Positions 13,071 to 26,452 are shown, counted from the stretch's first letter. The stretch is DNA of 64,000 nucleotides from Felis catus (GCF_018350175.1 NC_058368.1:182530001-182594000), one strand, 5' to 3'. The notes: generated from the sequence alone by a model not told the origin. Translations and numbers: made by a program.

Positions 13071-13903
13071 TATTATTAGGATGAGACCAATCCCTAATGA
13101 TGGTACATTACATCGGTGGGGGAAAAATCCATTATCAGTAAATATCAGTGCACCATGTGTGAGCGTTAGTAACAAAAGTAAATGCTTTTGCAAAGGTGAG
13201 GGACAAAGTTCTTTTAATAACGCTAGGACCATGTTTGACAGCAAAAGAGTGATCACAGGGATCCTGTTGGGAAAACACAGAAAATTTCAGGACATAGAAA
13301 CCTTTTGTTTCTCTAAATGTGGAGAGAGATTCCCTACCAAATAGGGTTTTGGTAAGTGCTTACAACTCCAATATAAATAGACAGAAAAGACTTAAAAAGA
13401 GTAAACACAATCAAGATATAGATACTACAACCTCATCTTTTATGTCATTTAAATAATTAAAACACTTCTTATTGAATAATGAAGTTATTTAAGAAGAAAC
13501 ATCAGAAGAGCATCCAGCCGGCAGATCTAACTGCTTTTGCCTCGAGTGACATGTTCCCAGCAGTGGGTTATATTATGCCTTCATAAAACGTGTTCTGTCA
13601 TTTTTTTCAGTGCTGTTATTTTTGGCGGATAGTAAGAAAAAGTATCTATCTATGTTGTATGAAAGCTCTAGATGAAAATAAGTGAGAGATTCCTAACGCA
13701 GGTGAAGCCCTCCAACAATTTAATGCCAAACCTGTCCAAACCACAGGGGTGAAAGTGACATTCATTTATAGCAATATACAAATGCAGGGATAGCAACACT
13801 GTAATGCCAGGGGGTTTGCTTCATCACATAAGTTATAAGATAAATTGCAACTACATGAAGGGCATAATATTGAATAAAATTGTTGGTCTAGATTAGCATT
13901 TTT

Positions 13904-14099
13904 AAAAATGTTTATTCATTTTTGAGAGAGAGAGAGAGAGAGAGAGTAGGGGAGGGGCAGAGACAAGGGGGAACAGAAGATCTGAAGTGGGCTCTGCCTG
14001 ACAGCAGTGAGCCTGCTGCAGGGCTTGAACTCATGAACCACAAGTTCATGACCTGAGTCGAAGTTGGACGCCCAACACAATGAGCCAGCCAGGCGTCCC
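13904..14099 (-). mobile_element. CanSINE (felid SINEC)
   Basis: Antisense head ...GAGCCAGCCAGGCGTCCC, (GA)n tract, T-rich tail; diverged TSD TAGATTAGCATTT / TAAATTAACATTT. Confidence 0.95.
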
Positions 14100-14229
14100 T
14101 AAATTAACATTTCTTTAAAAAGTGTTTTAACAGGCATCTTCTAAAAGGTGAGCTAAATTTGGAAAACACTAGCTTAACAAAGTTAAGCAGATTTTACCTC
14201 ATTTCCCATCTGAACTCTCTACTTCCCAA

Positions 14230-14600
14230 TGGTATATACCTCCTACTAACCACAATCTGTCTTTTCTTATTCGTTGGAAATAAGGCTCAAGTTATGCTCC
14301 ATTTCCCAACCTTTCTTGCAGTTAGGTGTGGCCATATGACTAAGTTCTCCCCCAATGAAATGTGAGTCAATGTGATATATATTAGTTAACGGTCCGACCC
14401 ATGACACCTCTCCCGAGCACTCCTCCATAAGCTCTCATGCTACCAGCTGACTATGTGACAATTATACTAGACTTATCTGAGAAGTCTTCATCTGAAAATG
14501 GCAGAATTATTATCATCTGGGTCCTAGAATGAGTCCATGGAGTGGAGACCAGAACTCTCTCTGCTAAATTAAAACAGCCATCCTGAATGATCTTTCATTA
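14230..14600 (+). mobile_element. MaLR solo LTR (MLT1I/J-like)
   Basis: TTTCCCAACCTTTCTTGCAGTTAGGTGTGGCCATATGACTAAGTTCTCCCCAATGAAATGTGAG is a hallmark MLT1 motif. Confidence 0.75.
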
Positions 14601-14670
14601 CGCTTATCTGGTTCCCCTCCACTATACACCCAATTTGTTAAAAATCTAAGTAATGTTACTCAACTAAAAC

Positions 14671-14877
14671 TTTTTTTAAAATGTTGTTTCTTTATTTATT
14701 TCAAGAAGGCAGGGGGAGGGAGAGGGACAGATATACAGAGAGAAACAGAGGATCCCAAGAAGGGTTCATGCTGCCAGTGCAGAGCCCAATGCGTGGCTTG
14801 ATCTCACGAACGTGAAATCATGACTAGAGCCAAAATCCAGATTCAGATGCTTAACTGACTGAGCCACCCAGGCACTC
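14671..14877 (-). mobile_element. CanSINE (older subtype)
   Basis: ...TTAACTGACTGAGCCACCCAGGCACTC head; TSD CTCAACTAAAACTTTTTT at 14659 and 14878. Confidence 0.95.
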
Positions 14878-17800
14878 CTCAACTAAAACTTTTTTTTAAG
14901 TTACAATCCTGGCATTATGCAGGCACCTTTCTGACTTATGCCTACTGCAGTTTGCTATTTGTTTGGACATCCTATGTACTGAAATTCTGGAAAACGTCCA
15001 CCTCCAATCATCATTGTTTTTTTGCCACTTTCACACTCATTGACATATTACATGGATACAACTTTTCTTGGGTTGTATATAACTTGACTGCCAGTCACAG
15101 TAATAAACTTCAAAGAAACTGATTTGAGATGAACATTAAAATGGGGCCTCTATTTCAGACTGGTGAAAGCACATTCAATCCTAACACATAATACCCTTAC
15201 ATGCTTCTACTGACTTCCACATGTTTAAACTTCTTATATTCTTGCCAGAGGAGTAGACACAAAGTTGGGTTTGCAAGTAGCTACAACTTTTTGAAGAACA
15301 ATGGATTTAAACAACACTTATCTGAAAACCATTAAACACTGTAATCCTAACACCAATCACTGGTTCTCAGGCTAAAACTGTTAATTAGCAAGCATTAAAA
15401 TTTATTGATTCATAGATAGGCATCTCTTTGATAAGATTTTGAACTACCCAAAAAAAGATGTACTAATAACTCCAAGTACTAGAGTTCTGAAGGAAAATAA
15501 GTTGCATTAAAACAAATCAAAACAAAACAAAAACAAACAAACAAACAAAACTTCCCATCATGTATCTCACTGTGAGTATCTATCAAGTTCCAAGATCACT
15601 GGGCATTTATTTCTTCCATTTGGAAATCCAGACTTTGGTATTTGAATATATACTTTTTTTTTACTACTGTAAATTTTTGATGTGGATCACAAAACAGTGC
15701 AAAAATGAAGTGCTTTCTTATAGACAGTAAGAGAAGACAAATTTCTTACTATAAGAAAAGTATCTTTACGTGTTAGTTTAGATTTGCCAAATATTTTCAT
15801 ATCCAGTACTAAATTCAAGAGGCTTATAGGGGCTAATGTGCCGACAAAGAGTTTGAAGTTGAGTCCTGGCTCAGTAGAAGCAGTGTTGTCACTGACTAGT
15901 GATGGTGGTTCTAAGTCCTGGCACCATGATTGACAGCATTAATGGATCTACTTTTCCTATAAATAGTAAACTAAATTCTGATTGAGGTAAGGGAGCTCTC
16001 CGGTGAATGACATAGTCATTCTGACATCTAGTTATGTAAGATATAAGTCCATTTTTCTCTGACAGTGTGCTGAAACATTATATTTAAAGTATATGGAAGA
16101 CTTCAATTACCAACTTTTTACTGGTAGCCAGATATTATTGTGGAATACAAATGATGTAATCTCTTCTTTCCCTTCTTTCCTTTATATGAACATTTTCCCT
16201 CTGTGGTCATAATCATCTTTTGCCACAGAGAAGAATGGGATTGACATAAGAGTAGAGCAAAGACAAAGATGGGACAGTAAGAAGGTTTTGGCTTCTAAAA
16301 GTAGTCCCTGTAAGTCTGTATCAGGGAAAACACCTGTGAAAACCTGAATATATTATTTTTGAAAGAACTTGTATATAATTTAGGGAGCAGGATAATGGTA
16401 GTTGGGATCTTATTCTAAAAGAATAAGGCAAAAACTTAACTATAAATTTTAACTGGTAAGAGACTAAATGGTTGTGACAGAGGAAGACAGAGGGGGGCAT
16501 GAGATGGCAGGCCAGTGTAGCCACTTACTTTTGGAATGACAATAATGGAGCACCTTTGAGAGACTGCCCAGCCCCTGCCTCAATGGGAACTCTTCAGAGT
16601 CACAAACAGGAAACTACAAAGAAACCTGTCCAATGCCTAGAGTGAGTCCTATACCATTTAAGGACTGATGCTATTTTGCCTGTGCTCAGAATCATACTAG
16701 TTGTCCATCCCCTGTGTATCCTGTAGGAGCATTCTCCACAGCAGCCTATGTTCTGCCATGGCATTTTTGTGAGGAGTATCCCTGTCAGATTTTCTCTTAT
16801 GTCTTCTGCTTGTTGTATGAGGGCAAAGTTTCAGGAATCTTGCAAGCCACTTGCTGTCAGTCATGGTAGAGTATTTACACTATAAACACTGGAAAATGCC
16901 ACAAATATCCCTGCCTGTAATCTCTCCAGTATAGGTGGCAGGGCCATGGCCAAAGAGGAGGGCATAGAATAGAGAGAAAGTCCCTTACTGCTGAGTTTAG
17001 TTAGGAAAAAACTAAACAGAAGTAGTTGAAGATATCTCTCACACTATTTTTTCATCAGTACTGATTGTTTATTGAAAGTTTATGATATATTACACCCTAT
17101 GATTATGAATAAATTCTAGCATAATTTAAAAAATAATTACCTAGAGATGCTTTTCACCACTAAATACCTCAGGGAAGAAATAATTTGAAAATGGTAGTTT
17201 CAAATAAAATGAAAACACAATAAGAAAATAAAATAATCTATTCCAAAATATCATGAAGCCCAATTAAAAATATGAAGAATAAACCCACATAGATTGGACA
17301 CACAGAAAACCTGATTCCCATACTGCACAAGTGCCCTTACCAAGAAATCAGGATTTTCTTTCCCGTCTGTCTTTTGGAATTATCCAAGCAAAAGACTACT
17401 AACAGCCTGATGATTCTGCAAAACATGTTTACCTCAGGAAAATTACGGGGCAATATGGAAACCCCAGGAGTGGGTTAAGCTGCCTACTCAAATGCTCTAT
17501 GCTGTCTCCAATTTAAGGTTTGATGAATCAGAGCTCAACAATGTGACCTCCCCACCCCCCGAACACACACCTGTTTCTATGAGGAAGTCAAATATCAAAA
17601 AGTCTGTGAACATCATTTCCCTAGTTTCTTATTAATAACCTGACACTACTGTGAATTTGGGAAGTTGTGGTCCCCACGACCTCCCAAAGGTCGTTTGTAA
17701 CTACATCTCCTAAGAGCTACGAGCCCTTGCCATCCACGGAATAAAGTTGATCGGCTGACAGTAATGAGACAAATATGTATTAGCTTCATGCCTCGGAAAC

Positions 17801-18139
17801 TGTAATGCCCCTAGTGAATCCTTGACATTTACTCTGCGCAATTTCCCCTGGTGTAAAATGCAGTTTAAAAAACAACTGGAACGTATGAACATGCCGGCAA
17901 TGACTATGCCAGCCAGGAACTTGATTCGTTTAAACGACGTTATAACCTGTTCCTTGAGTATTGATTAGAGCGTGTGAATAAAATAGCTGCAGATACTTGG
18001 AAGGGATTTTTAATAACAAATCATTCTTTTACAACAGTTTCTTTTTATGTGAATCAGGACTTCACCATTACAAAAATAAGTAAATAAATAAATCTAGCTC
18101 TTAGGAATGTGAATTTTTTTGCACAGCGAGGCTTAATAA

Positions 18140-18660
18140 CATAAATCTGATACCATCACTTTCCAAAGCACTTAGAATAAAATTCAAAATCTAAACTCTT
18201 ATAGCTCTGCAATCTCTCTATGAAACTGTCTATGATGGAGCCATGATATGACTCATTCAAGGTATTTTCCCACCTCTGTCCCTTATCTTACTATAATCCC
18301 AATAGTCTTCTCCTTCTCTGGTTCTAACATGCTAATCCCAGCCAGCCTTTAGGAATTGACATTTCTAGGTGTTTCTCTTGCAATGTTCCTTTCTACCATC
18401 AATCTTGCATGGTTGGATTCTTCCTTTTAGACATAGTTCAGATTTCCTCAGAAAGACTTTCCTGGACCATTCAATTAACTTGGCCAAAATCAGTCACTCT
18501 TTATCACATTGCCCTGATTTGTGTTCTTTATATCATATTAGATATTTTGCTTACTTTTATTCCAAAAGAATGTGAACTCCAAAGAGTAGTAGCCCTTGTC
18601 TTCTCTGGTTTGGATCATAAAAAACTTGCTCTGATCCTGATATATTTAGAGAATATTCTG
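18140..18660 (+). mobile_element. L2 LINE fragment
   Basis: GCACTTAGAATAAAATTCAAAATC, CCTCAGAAAGACTTTCCTGGACCA, GAATGTGAACTCCAAAGAG. Confidence 0.7.
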
Positions 18661-18708
18661 TTTTGTACCTAGCATGTCCACTTGGAAATGCATTTAAAAT
18701 TATTTCCT

Positions 18709-18919
18709 TTTTTTTAAATGTTCATTTATTTTTGAGAGAGAGGGAGACAGACAGCCTGTGAGCAGGGGAGGAGCAGAGAGAGAGGGAGACACAGAATCTG
18801 AAGCAGGCTCCAGGCTCTGAGCTGTCAGCACAGAGCCTAATGCAGGGCTTGATCCCACGAATGGAGAGATTAATTGGCCAAAGTAGGATGCCCAACCGAC
18901 TGAGCCACTCAGGCGTCCC
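18709..18919 (-). mobile_element. CanSINE (felid SINEC)
   Basis: GAGACACAGAATCTGAAGCAGGCTCCAGGCTCTGAGCTGTCAGCACAGAGCC...AGGCGTCCC; TSD about TAAAA(T/G)TATTT. Confidence 0.97.
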
Positions 18920-19617
18920 TAAAAGTATTTTCAGTATCACAGCAAGGCTCACAGAATTGATGAATAAGGGAATCTGGAAAACTATCTAGTCCAACCACCT
19001 TGTTTTTTAAAGTGGAAATTGTGAATTGAAATGGGAAGCTCAGACCCTCCTTTCTGATTCATATTTCAAACTTCTGTCTGGCATATCAGAATGTTTTATG
19101 AAGATTTAACATTAAATAGGCTTTAATAAAAAATATTGGTTTTGTCTAAAATTATCAAATTGTTCGAATATTAGATACAACTTATTTTTTTGAAATTCTG
19201 AAAAAATATGACTTTTCTCATAGAAAAAAAAAACAACTATGTTTATGTGTAAAAAAAATTTTCCACAGCTTTATCTGTCCCACGTAAGATCTCTCAAGTC
19301 ATTTCCATTCTCATTTTCAAAGATCTACTTAACAAACATATTCATTCATGCATTCATTTACCCAAAGCTTAATGTTTATAAAGCACTGTAGTAGGCAAAG
19401 CAGAGCAGAGGGGCTCATGGATACAAAATATTTCCAGATAAACTGAGATGGCAAGAATGACATATGGCTAATCGTTAAATAACCAACAAAGGTGGCAGAG
19501 ATGCCATAAAAACCATCATCTTTATAAAATGTGAAGAAGCATTTTCTGAATAGCTGCTTGTCAGGGATTTTGGTTGATGGATTTTCAATTCTCATCTTCT
19601 CCCTGAAAACTAAAGAT

Positions 19618-19735
19618 ATAATTTCTATTTTATAGACAAATAAACTGAGGATTCACACGGTAAAGAAATGTGTCCAAAATCACACAGCTCATTACTGCAA
19701 AGCTGAGAATCTGAATCTAAAAACTATAATCTTTA
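19618..19735 (-). mobile_element. MIR SINE fragment
   Basis: ATTTTATAGACAAATAAACTGAGG...TCCAAAATCACACAGCT; an antisense L2 tail (ATTCATTCATGCATTCATT) lies just upstream at about 19340. Confidence 0.7.
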
Positions 19736-20504
19736 TCAAGCATCAATGGTTTTTCCTCTGTGTTCACAGAGACTACTAGAACATTGAGGAGTGGACAGGT
19801 GAGTGTAGGGAGCTCCATACACCCAGCTACTTTCATCCAGGGTCTCTCAATACCTTTCTGGTTAATGAGGTATGATGAGCACAGGGAGGAATCATATGAA
19901 CTAGTGTTTCTATAGCTCTAACCTGTGTATGACTTTTATTATTCAAAACAAGAAATTCAATGATTAAAAACATGTTTTACAGACTAAATGCCAATATCAC
20001 GTATGTAAAGTAGTAAAGATTATGAAATGCGAAGGGGTAGGGATGATAAAAGTCGTCTTTGGTGATACAAGATTTCAGACAGAAACTACTCAAAGTTCCA
20101 CCGCGGATTAGTTAGAAGGATGAAGAGACATGTGCGCAGATAGAAGTAATTCTGAAGAATTTTACTGGGACCAAAGTGGATAAGCAGCTGTATGGGATGG
20201 TGTGGTGTGTTGGTTGATTTCCAGCTGGACATGTCAGGTTCCCCAAATTGAAGAGGTGTTGCTCAGGTCTACCAATTGTTATTTTAAAAACCACCTCTGA
20301 TTAGCATGTTAGAAGGGTATGTAAAGGGAATGAGGCATGTTTTCAGCACAGATGTTCCAGATATTTTGTTATACACTTTCCTTTTTGAATCTCTCATTAT
20401 CTACCTGAAAGGTAGTTGCCATTATTTACACATTATTGATTTAGAGCAGTGGCTCAGAATCAAAACTCTTTGCCTAAGATTAAGCAACTGTATTTTTTAT
20501 AGGT

Positions 20505-20942
20505 AACTTCATTTTGCTATTTTGCTACTCAGCATCTGTTATTCATTCTCCTGGTAATAGTACCTTATGTTTCTTTGGTGAACTACCTCTCTCCAAATGG
20601 TAGCCCATATCCTGCCCCAAGTTTGAGGAGCATGCAAAAGAATGTTATGTTTCTCCATCCAGAGTGATGCCTTTATAAAGGATCCTGACCCCAGCCATGA
20701 CAATTTAGAACATGAGTGGAACTTTTGTTTGAGTGACTGGGAAGGGGAAAATCTCTTCTCTGCTTGAAATAGAGCTTATACAGATAAGTCTGATAGTACT
20801 GGAAATCAAAACAGAGGAAGACCCATCTACAAATATACTGTACTACAGAACCGTTACACAGAGTGAGAACCAATCTTTTACTTTTTAAATTCAATTTAAT
20901 TTTATTTATTTATTTTGAGAGAGAAAGAGAGAACAGGAGAGT

Positions 20943-20996
<54 letters not shown>

Positions 20997-21252
20997 CCCA
21001 GGCAGTGCAGAGCCTGATATGGGGCTTGAAGTCATAAACCATGAGATCACCACCCGAGAGGAAGTCAGATGCTTAACTGACTGAGCCCCCCAGTACCCAA
21101 GAACAAATCTTTTAGACATTAGTAAATCCATATGTACCTGAAGTTACAAACTTTCCCCTGAATTTTTCAATTCCATTGGCTAATACAGTCACTTACTTGC
21201 TTAAACCATTGGTCCTTTCTGCTACTTATGAGCAGAAGAATCCTCAATAATA
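20505..21252 (+). mobile_element. MaLR solo LTR (MLT1K/L-like), interrupted by a CanSINE
   Basis: 3' end TACCTGAAG...CCCCTGAATTTTTCAATTCCATTGGCTAATACA...TTGCTTAAACCA...AGAATCCTCAATAATA resembles MLT1J-L termini. Confidence 0.65.
20881..21099 (-). mobile_element. CanSINE with expanded (GA)n
   Basis: Antisense SINE body with long (GA)n at about 20946-20994; TSD AGAAC(C/A)AATCTTTTA at 20866 and 21100. Confidence 0.95.
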
Positions 21253-21256
21253 GTGC

Positions 21257-21425
21257 TTGGAAATGTGTGGAGGCATTTTGGCTGTTACTACAATACAAGA
21301 GTTCTGCCAACACTTAATGAGCAAGGACTAGGGATTTTTAACATTTTGTAGAGATGTAGGAAAAATGTGCTGAAGGAAAAATTATTCTGCCCTAAATACC
21401 AATATTGTTTCCTAGAGAAACACTG
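21257..21425 (+). mobile_element. hAT-Charlie MER20-like, 3' part
   Basis: TTGGAAATGTGTGGAGGCATTTTGGCTGTTAC...AATTATTCTGCCCTAAATACCAATA...GAGAAACACTG. Confidence 0.7.
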
Positions 21426-21684
21426 GGTTAGGTGAAAGGAAATGTGTATTGCCTGGAAGAAAACTTGCAAATTATAGCATGCATGCAAGAGGAAACATAT
21501 GTATAAAGTTTAGGAGATAATGAGGAAGCCAGTGAGATTGCAGGGGGCTTTATATATAGCATTGAGGGGATGTAACTCTAAAAGCTTTGCTGTTGACAGT
21601 ATATACAAACTGCATTTGTAGTTTATTTCAAGGTATTGGGGAGCCATAAAAGGTTTTTGAGCAATACAGTAATGTGATAAAAAT

Positions 21685-22440
21685 TAGTGCTATAATCATC
21701 TCATACCCCTTAGGATGACTACTATCAATAAAATCAGAATCTAACAAGTGTTGGCAAGGCTGTGGAGAAAGTAGAATCCTTATATACTGTTGGTGGCCAT
21801 ATGAAATGGTATAGTCGCTGTGCAAGAAGTTCTTCAAAAAATGAAAAAATAAAATTTCTGTGTGATCCAGCAATTCCATTTCTGAATATATATCCAGAAG
21901 AACTGAAAACAGCATCTTGAAGAGATGTGTATATCCCCATATTCAAGCAGAATTTATTTCAAAAGCTAAAATGTGGAAGTAACCTAAACATCCATCGATA
22001 GATGAATGGATAAGCAAAATGTGGCAAACATACAATGGAATATCATTCAGCCTTGAAAAGGAACAAAATTCTCTAATATCCTACAATATGGATGAATCTT
22101 GAGGACATTATACTAAATGAAATGAGTGAGTCACAAAAAGACAAACACTGTATGATTCTACTTACAGGAGGTACTTAGAGTAGACAACATCATAGAGACA
22201 AAAAGTAGAGTGGTGGATGCCAGAAGCTGAGGTATGGGAGAATATGGACTTATTATTTAATACAGATTTAGGTATAGGTTTTCAGTTTTACAAGATGAGA
22301 AAAGTAATGGGAATGGATGGTGGTGTTGGGTGCACAACAATGTAAATGTATTTAATACTACTGAACTGAACACTCAAAAATAGTTAAGATGGTATACTTT
22401 GTTATGTGTATTTTAAATTAATTTTTAAAAAGAAAAAAAC
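21685..22440 (+). mobile_element. 5'-truncated L1 (L1MB-like ORF2 end plus 3' UTR)
   Basis: AACAAGTGTTGGCAAGGCTGTGGAGAAA, GATCCAGCAATTCCATTTCTG, GATGAATGGATAAGCAAAATGTGG, L1MB-type 3' UTR and A-rich tail. Confidence 0.93.
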
Positions 22441-22849
22441 ACAGTGTAAGAGGACAACTACATTGGAAGTACAGTGGCTAAGTTACAAAGCAAAGAGGAG
22501 GTAGAAAGACTAACTGGGTAACTTAAAACACACACATTTTTTCATAGAAAAAGCAATGTAGTTATAGTCCCATTCTTTGTTGTTTTTGCGATTGTTGTTT
22601 TCCTAGCCTATTAAGATTAGATATATTTCAAAAGTGCAATAAGAAATCAGCTCTCTGGCAAGGACTATGTGTGTCTGTGTATGCATGTGTCTTCTCTTAT
22701 AGCTAAAGTCAAAATGAGACTATGATCAAGCACAGAAAAATAAATAGGACCATCTTGATATGAAGTGTGTTTCTAGTTCTTTTGTGAATGATAGCCATTT
22801 TCTTAGCCTAGATAAGACCATTGTTATTTGATTAGAACTACAAAGCTGT

Positions 22850-22995
22850 GAAATGACAGTTCCTCACCAGGAACTGAATCTGCTGGCACCTTGACCTGGG
22901 GCTATAGCTTCCAAAATTGAGAGAAAATAAGTTTCTATTTCTTCAACCATGAAGTCTACGGTATTTTTAATGGTAGTCTGATAAAACCAATTCAA
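22850..22995 (+). mobile_element. MaLR LTR 3' half (MLT1A-C/MST-like)
   Basis: CCTCACCAGGAACTGAATCTGCTGGCACCTTGACCT...AGCTTCCAAAATTGAGAGAAAATAAGTTTCT. Confidence 0.75.
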
Positions 22996-23834
22996 TCACT
23001 CTACATAAAAAAAAAACATAGACAAATTAAAGTCAGGACATAAAGAAAGACCAAAGAAATAGAGTGATCTTGGTAGTCATTTCATAAAATAAAATGCAGA
23101 GGAAGAAAAATTATTCATTCTGTGATCAAGCAAATATGGAACAAAGAATAAAATGTTATTGCCAAACTGGACACCAGGTATGAAAATAATTCTTACAAGA
23201 GAAGGATTAATTTCCTATGGACTTTCTGCCTCTAATAAGAATTTATGACCATTATCATATAATATCTTGTAACAAGGCTTTCCTTTATATTATTATTTTT
23301 TCTCCTGCTAGTTTTCAATCTCTTCAGAGCCAATAATTCTATTTGTATATTTTTATCTACATCCACATCTATGTCTATTAAAGTCTTGATGATTGTCCCT
23401 ACTTTTAATTTCATAAATATATATTGATTGATTCATGGGTTTAAAAGCTGGCATATAACATCATATTTTATTATCCATTCTCTTGCCTAAAGACCTGCCA
23501 GACTACAAATTCCTTGAAAGCAGGGACTGTTTTTTTTTTGCCATGTAGTATATATTTAATAAATAGCTACTGAGTGTAAATAAATGCCATAATAAATCAG
23601 AGAACAGGAAGCTGTGAATGCAAGAGACTACTTTCTTCAATGGAAAACTGTGAAAATGTCTCTGCACTTGGAAGCCACTGGCATCAGGGACCTTAACAAG
23701 GAAGCTCGGAGAATGCTAAGAAATAACTAACACTCTAGAGGAAACAAAGATAAGATTCTGTGTTGAGAAGGCTTTGGAACAGAAAGCATATACATTCACG
23801 ACAAGATAAATTAGCATTGAACTCCAAAGAAAGG

Positions 23835-23835
<1 letters not shown>

Positions 23836-23865
<30 letters not shown>
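23836..23865. repeat. (AC)15 microsatellite
   Basis: Read directly. Confidence 0.95.
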
Positions 23866-23866
<1 letters not shown>

Positions 23867-25129
23867 AACACCTCATTGCCCTTATTCTGAAGCATTTATA
23901 AACATAACTATTTCTGTTAAATCTACTTAAAAATATCTTAAATGCTAGAGAGAAGGTTGTTATACAGCACAGGAGTCTGTAAATTTTCTGACGAATACTC
24001 TTTCCTTCTCAATTGTACAACATACCAAATGCATGACCTTAGTCCATCATGAAGCACCTGTTCTTTGAATATGTTTTGATCAGAGTGAACCAACAAAGAT
24101 AAACATAGCTAATAGCCTTCTGTACTGTAGTACCAGCGAGTTAAAGACAATAGCAACCACAAAACAGCAAGACATCTCAGACCCCACATCACCCAATGCT
24201 TTAGAAAAATTTCAAGGGCATATGTACTTGGCATTGAATTTAGGTTTGAATGGAAGTAACATCTCTCTTGTGAGTGGCAGCTTTGGAGAATAATTAGGAA
24301 GCACTAGAATAAAAATTGCAACTTATAAAATCTCTGATTTGGTCATGCGACATAACATCAGTGTGAGTGGGAAACAACTTATCTGAAAGGAAGAAAAAAA
24401 AGAACTGAAATGAGTGATGCGAGTGAATGGAGGAAAAAAGGAGAAAAAGAGGGAAAACAGAAAAAATCAGGATTCTATTAGAGTATGCCAAAGGTCAAAT
24501 TATGTTTAATAACCTTTCTAATTTTATGAGGTATAAATATGATGATAGTCATGTCATGACATCATTTAGCCCTAGAATTGAAGGAGTGCTTGGTCATTTA
24601 GATAATGGAGCTGAGGATGGTAATAGGATGAAACGTATAGTGCAGGGTGACAGGTTAGTTCTTTTAGGATCATAGGCTCCTTCCTAGTGCTGCATAAAAG
24701 GGATTATTATATTGGCTTTCAGAAGTATCTTGACATTTCCATTAAAATCATCATTTTGACAGGTTTATGCATTCAGCCCCTTTCATTTGCATGGGATTGA
24801 AACTTGACATTAGAAATCCTCAGACCAAATATATTTTAAACATCATGCACACTTGCATATTTATGTGTGCAATAGTAAATGCAACATGTAAGCCTACAGA
24901 GTACATAGCTATTTTTAATAGCCCTTGTACTTTATAATTTTTACTTGATTGCCCGTTACTTTGGTATTTGGTAATCTAGCAAAAAGGTGAAAAATGTTTG
25001 AAGAATTAGGATGAATGTGGTCTGCATTAAAGTTATATTTCTGGTAGGAGCCAGTAGACTTAAATGTTTAACAAGTTAAGTATTCTGGGCTGTTTCTGCA
25101 ATTCTTAACTTGGTGAGGCCATTTATATA

Positions 25130-25628
25130 CAGATCTGTTTGACTTCCAATGGGTTATGTCTTGATAAACCCATTGAAGTTGAGAATATCTTTAAGTGGAA
25201 AATGCATTTAATATACCTAACCTACTGAACGAACATAATAGCTTAGCCTAGCCTACGTTAAATGTGCTCAGAATACTTGCATTAGCCTGTAGTTGGGCAA
25301 AATCATCTAACACAAAGCCTATTTTATAATATAGTGTTGAATATCTCATGGAATGTATTTAATACTGTACTGAAACTGAAAAACAACAGTTGTATGGGTA
25401 CAGAACGGTATATTGGTTGTTTATGCTTGTGATGGCATGCCTGACTGGGGGCTGCTACGGGCTGCGGCTGACCAGCCTCACAAGAGATTATTGACACATG
25501 CCACTAGTGAGGGAAAAGATCAAAATTCAGAATTCGAAGCATGGTTTCTACTCAATGTATCTTGGCTTTCATACCATTGTAAAATTGGAAATTTCAAAGT
25601 CAAAACACCTTCAGATGAGGAATGCCTG
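25130..25628 (+). mobile_element. TcMar-Tigger MITE (MER47/Tigger5-derived)
   Basis: CAGAT...GATAAACCCATTG...AGCTTAGCCTAGCCTAC...GTTGGGCAAAATCATCTAACACAAAGCCTATTTTATAAT...GGAAAAGATCAAAATTCAGAATTCGAAG...CCTG, flanked by TA on both sides. Confidence 0.9.
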
Positions 25629-25797
25629 TAATTTTATTATGTTACTTTTTTTTCTATCCTTTGGCTTTTATGTTTCAAGGGCTATGCCCTTCATTTAAAG
25701 GCATGGGGTTTCATTTATTTAAACTCCCATACATATACTCATCATCACTTATCAGGTCAAATTGGGCTTTCTTTTATGTTTCTTTCTTTTTCTATGT

Positions 25798-25952
25798 CCT
25801 AGCTACCCAAAAGGTGATTGGGGGACCAGCAACATTGGCATCACCTGTGAACCCATTAAAAACGCAGTCTTGGGCCCCACATCGTACTTGCCTGTTTGCC
25901 TCTTAACAGGAAGCCTGGGTATTATTGAAAAGTTATGCTGTAAGAACTACTC
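25798..25952. mobile_element. hAT-Charlie MER5A-like fragment
   Basis: GGACCAGCAACATTGGCATCACCTGTGAAC...AAAACGCAGTCTTGGGCCCCAC. Confidence 0.7.
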
Positions 25953-26157
25953 AGAACAAAGAACAGATAAGCAAAAACCTCTGTAAAATGCCTGGAATTT
26001 TCCATTTTAAAATCATCAATATATTTAGAAAGAATCATTATCAAAAATTTCAACCTTTTACTAACGATACACAGACCTCTTAAATCTTTGTTGTTTGTAT
26101 GCCATTTCTACTGCTGTTAAAACCCTCTATAGAAGGGATTAAAGTACTGTATTGGTA

Positions 26158-26452
26158 CAGTGGTAGACCAACTGGCCTATGGGTCAAATCAAGCTCATAA
26201 ACTGTTTTTATACAGCCTATCAGCTAAGAAAGGTTAGCATTCTCTGTGTTTGGGGAAAAAAAGTTTAAAAAAGAATAATATTTTGTGACACAGAAGATTT
26301 CAAAGTTTAGCATCAATAAATAAAGTTTAGATAATTTAATTACCTATGGCTATAACAACAGACCTAAGTCTGTTGACTTAGAGCACATAGGTCCCATAAA
26401 CACAAAATTATTTACTATTTGGTCCTCCAGTGGAAAAAAAAACATAGACCCC
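26158..26452 (+). mobile_element. hAT-Charlie MER58B-like
   Basis: CAGTGGTAG...GGCCTATGGGTCAAATC...AGCTAAGAAAGGTT...AAAGAATAATATTTTGTGACAC...ATTTACTATTTGGTCC. Confidence 0.75.
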
